Assembly (NCBI RefSeq): GCF_006345805.1
Contig: NC_043003.1
Location: 25,544,001 to 25,608,000, forward strand
Source: Octopus sinensis
Taxonomy: Eukaryota
DNA length: 64,000 bases
Reading direction: 5' to 3'
The notes under the pieces are model-generated. The model was not told the origin of the DNA and ran no database searches. It was given only the letters and a program-made list of their open reading frames with translations. A program made the position numbers and the translations under genes. This document shows, piece after piece, positions 61,401 through 64,000 of this stretch (positions are counted from its first letter, which is position 1; each line of letters opens with the position of its first letter).

Positions 61401-61893
61401 TAGATGAACATCAATGGAATTTGTATCCTTGTGGTACCAGTGCCGGTGGCACATAAGTAACCATCCGAACGTGATCGTAGCCAGTACCGGCAACGACTGG
61501 CCTCCGTGCTGAGGGCACATAACAAACACCATCCGAGCGTGGCCGTCCGCCAGCCCCGTCTGGCACCTGTGTCGGTGACACATAAGAAACACCATCCGAG
61601 CGTGGCCATCAGCCAGCCTCGTCTGGCACCTGTGTCGGTGGCACATAAAAAAAAAACACCATCCGAGCGTGGCCGTCTGCCAGCCTCGTCTGGCACCTGT
61701 GTCGGTGGCACATAAAATCACCCACTACACTCTCGGAGTGGTTGGCGTTAGGAAGGGCATCCAGCTGTAGAAACACTGCCAGATCTGACTGGCCTGGTGC
61801 AGCCTTCGGGCTTGCCAGACCCCAGTTGAACCGTCCAACCCATGCTAGCATGGAAAGCGGACGTTAAACGATGATGATGATGATGATGATGAT
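58465..61893 (+). mobile_element. Young 5'-truncated RTE LINE: APE endonuclease (partial), RT, PHD-like finger, complete 3' UTR
   Basis: ISAYAPQ, AGDFNGHVG, SQIDYIL, QFGFVPGKSTTDAIF, VHQGSVLSPLLF, ELLYADDL, RLRWYGHVARM; several frameshifts; ORF ends near 61260; (GAT)n tail. Confidence 0.95.
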
Positions 61894-62679
61894 TGTTATA
61901 AATGCTATACAATAGAAAAATTCATATTCAAGTATCTTTTATTTATTAATGGTCCTACTACTTTGGAATGACACATTTCAGTCAAGCACTCATTGTATAT
62001 GTGGAAGCATGTTTAGACCAACCAGTTTTCACTGCTGCATCATACAAATAGCTGGACAGCATTGTTCTACAAAAGTGGCTCTACAGCTCATTCAACTTTC
62101 CATGTTCCAGTTTTCATTAACTGCAATTCTATTTGTAATCTTGATATCTACTGCAAATTGGCAAATATAATTTGAGACAGAAGTGCTTCATCTATTGGGA
62201 TGAAGCACTACAAATGTTGAAATATGCATATGAGGTTGCATAGTCTTTTGTGAATGATCTAGATATTCTTGGGAATAAAATGGTACTCCTATGCAATTTT
62301 TTGACAAACATTTTTTCTTAAAAAATGATTGGGTTGTCATTGTAGACATAGTCATTCTTCATTATGATAGAATTTTACCATAGTTAAGAAGTTTGCTTCT
62401 TAACCCCTTGACAACGGTTGACTCAAATATACAATCACACTTTTGCTTGCCTATCCGTGGTTAACGTAAATATACAATGTAGAGCTGCCCTACATCTTTC
62501 GCGGACTTTTTAGCGGCTGAAGTATGTTTACATTAGCTATCTTGTACTTTATCTCTTGAGGTGCGTGCACTCACCATCCCATGCATTATCTTAGCTATTT
62601 TAGGTTATGTTTAAGTCATGAGACTAGCAGTAGACCAATGACATGCAGATGGTTTACATGCATAATGGTTTATGTGCAG

Positions 62680-62866
62680 GTGGCATGTAAAAAGCACCCA
62701 CTACACTCACGGAGTGGTTGGCGTTAGGAAGGGCATCCAGCCATAGAAACACTGCCAAATCTGACGGCCTGATGAAGCCTTCCGGCTTCACAGACCTCAG
62801 TTAAACCGTCCAACCCATGCTAGCATGGAAAACGGACGCTAAATGATGATGATGATGATGATGATG
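62680..62866 (+). mobile_element. RTE-tail fragment
   Basis: aaaaagcacccactacactcacggagtgg...CCATGCTAGCATGG...(GAT)n. Confidence 0.85.
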
Positions 62867-63004
62867 AATACCATGTTTTGAATTGTACCACACGCAAGCT
62901 ATTTTTTTAACTTGAGCAGAATAACTTGTGTATATCATATTATGATAGATAGCCTCACATAGTTCGTTTTCATAAACCGCTAGACATAAATGTACAACAC
63001 TATG

Positions 63005-64000
63005 TTATTATAACAGTGAACTTTTATTTTACATGCGAACATTAACTCTGCAAGTGACTTTCCCGAATTAGTATTTGAATTTGGTGTTATGCTATATTCT
63101 CTCAAAAACTTTGTTAGTGTCTCATCATTATCTAGCTTGTTCCTGGCTTTTCTTGAAGCTCTTTTGAACATGTTGACAAATCTTTCCACCTGCCCATTTG
63201 ACCTCAGGTGGTAGGGTGGGGTAAAGATGTGCTTTATGGCATGTATTTTGCAGAAATTTCTTAATTCATATCCCGTGCATTGTATTCCATTATCTGAAAC
63301 TAACGTGTCTGGAACACCATATCAAGCAAATAACTCAAGTAGGAACTTTATTGTTGTCTTTGCTGTGGGTTTATTACATCTGCATACCTCTGGCCATTTT
63401 GTGTAGCTATCCACAATGATTAAATAGTATGCATCAATCACTGGTTTGGCCTAGTCGATATGTACTTGGACCATGGGCTCTAAGTCTCCAGCCACAATTG
63501 GTATTTTACTGGTGGTGCATTGGTTGCCAACACACAGCCTCTATATGCTTTCACCAATTTCTCAATGTCGCTGTCCATAGTTAACCAATAGACAAAGCTC
63601 CTCATTAAAGCTTTCATTCTGGACATTCCTGGGTGCCCACAGTGGAATTGTTGTAATACTTGTTTCTGTGGTGCACTTGGTACTCACTGTGCGTGCATTA
63701 AGACATCATTGCATAGTGAGAAATTATTCAAATTTGTATTTTTATTATGCTTATTTTTCAATGTTTCTTTCATTCTTTTAATGTAACTACCCTCTATGGA
63801 TTTCATTTTTATATCATGCGCTGTCACCGGCAGTTCCTGGATTATATTACATACAATACTTCTTACTTCATTTTCTGACTGCAATGTTGCTATCATGGTC
63901 TCTTCTAGTGGTTCCACGCTCTTGGGAATTAGCTTCAATAAGCAATCTGCATGACCAATTTTCTTCGATGGAATATACTGCATCTTAAAATTGTAGTACA
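63005..64000 (-). mobile_element. Ty3/Gypsy pol remnant (RNase H end, integrase zinc finger and DDE core)
   Basis: GHADCLLKL; FHCGHPGMSRMKALMRSFVYW...DIEKLVK; IIVDSYTKWPEV; LVSDNG; PPYHLRSNGQVERFVNMFKR; frameshifted; runs off the window edge. Confidence 0.9.

Noticed and set aside
61436-61790. Superficial likeness of CCAGTGCCGGT...ATAA and AACACTGCCA to a plant twister ribozyme as I remember it
   Set aside because: The UCC...AAGC loop and both pseudoknot pairings cannot be threaded.
62769-62790. CTGATGAAG, a perfect hammerhead core
   Set aside because: It aligns to cctggtgcagcc in sister RTE tails (point mutations), and no GAAA/stem III follows stem II.

Overview
Eukaryotic, AT-rich, microsatellite- and retroelement-dense DNA. 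The repeat families point to an octopus or another coleoid cephalopod; this is an inference and was not verified. The only supportable host gene is the 5' end of a probable LARP1 (La-related protein 1) on the minus strand. Its first coding exon is 11170-10726, with an EAPLPKHNPW motif and a GTAAGT donor, and a CpG-rich promoter lies at about 12.3-12.5 kb. No further exon was found down to base 1. The rest is mobile DNA: several RTE-clade LINEs, an R4/Dong-type fragment, a Penelope-like RT remnant with a Helitron inserted in it, a Gypsy integrase remnant, two mariner derivatives, hAT and piggyBac-type MITEs with visible TSDs, and at least three tRNA-derived SINE families. Best leads: (1) a near-canonical minimal type I hammerhead ribozyme at 23577-23662 (-) plus weaker relatives, in short non-coding elements mostly embedded in (TA)n arrays, with a Penelope-like element as a possible mobiliser; (2) a tandem hairpin array with compensatory base changes in the RTE 3' UTR; (3) a LARP1 control region with two perfect GTCACGTGAC (CLEAR/E-box) palindromes, a TOP-like tract and a uORF. 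All family names come from motif recognition by eye, with no database search.
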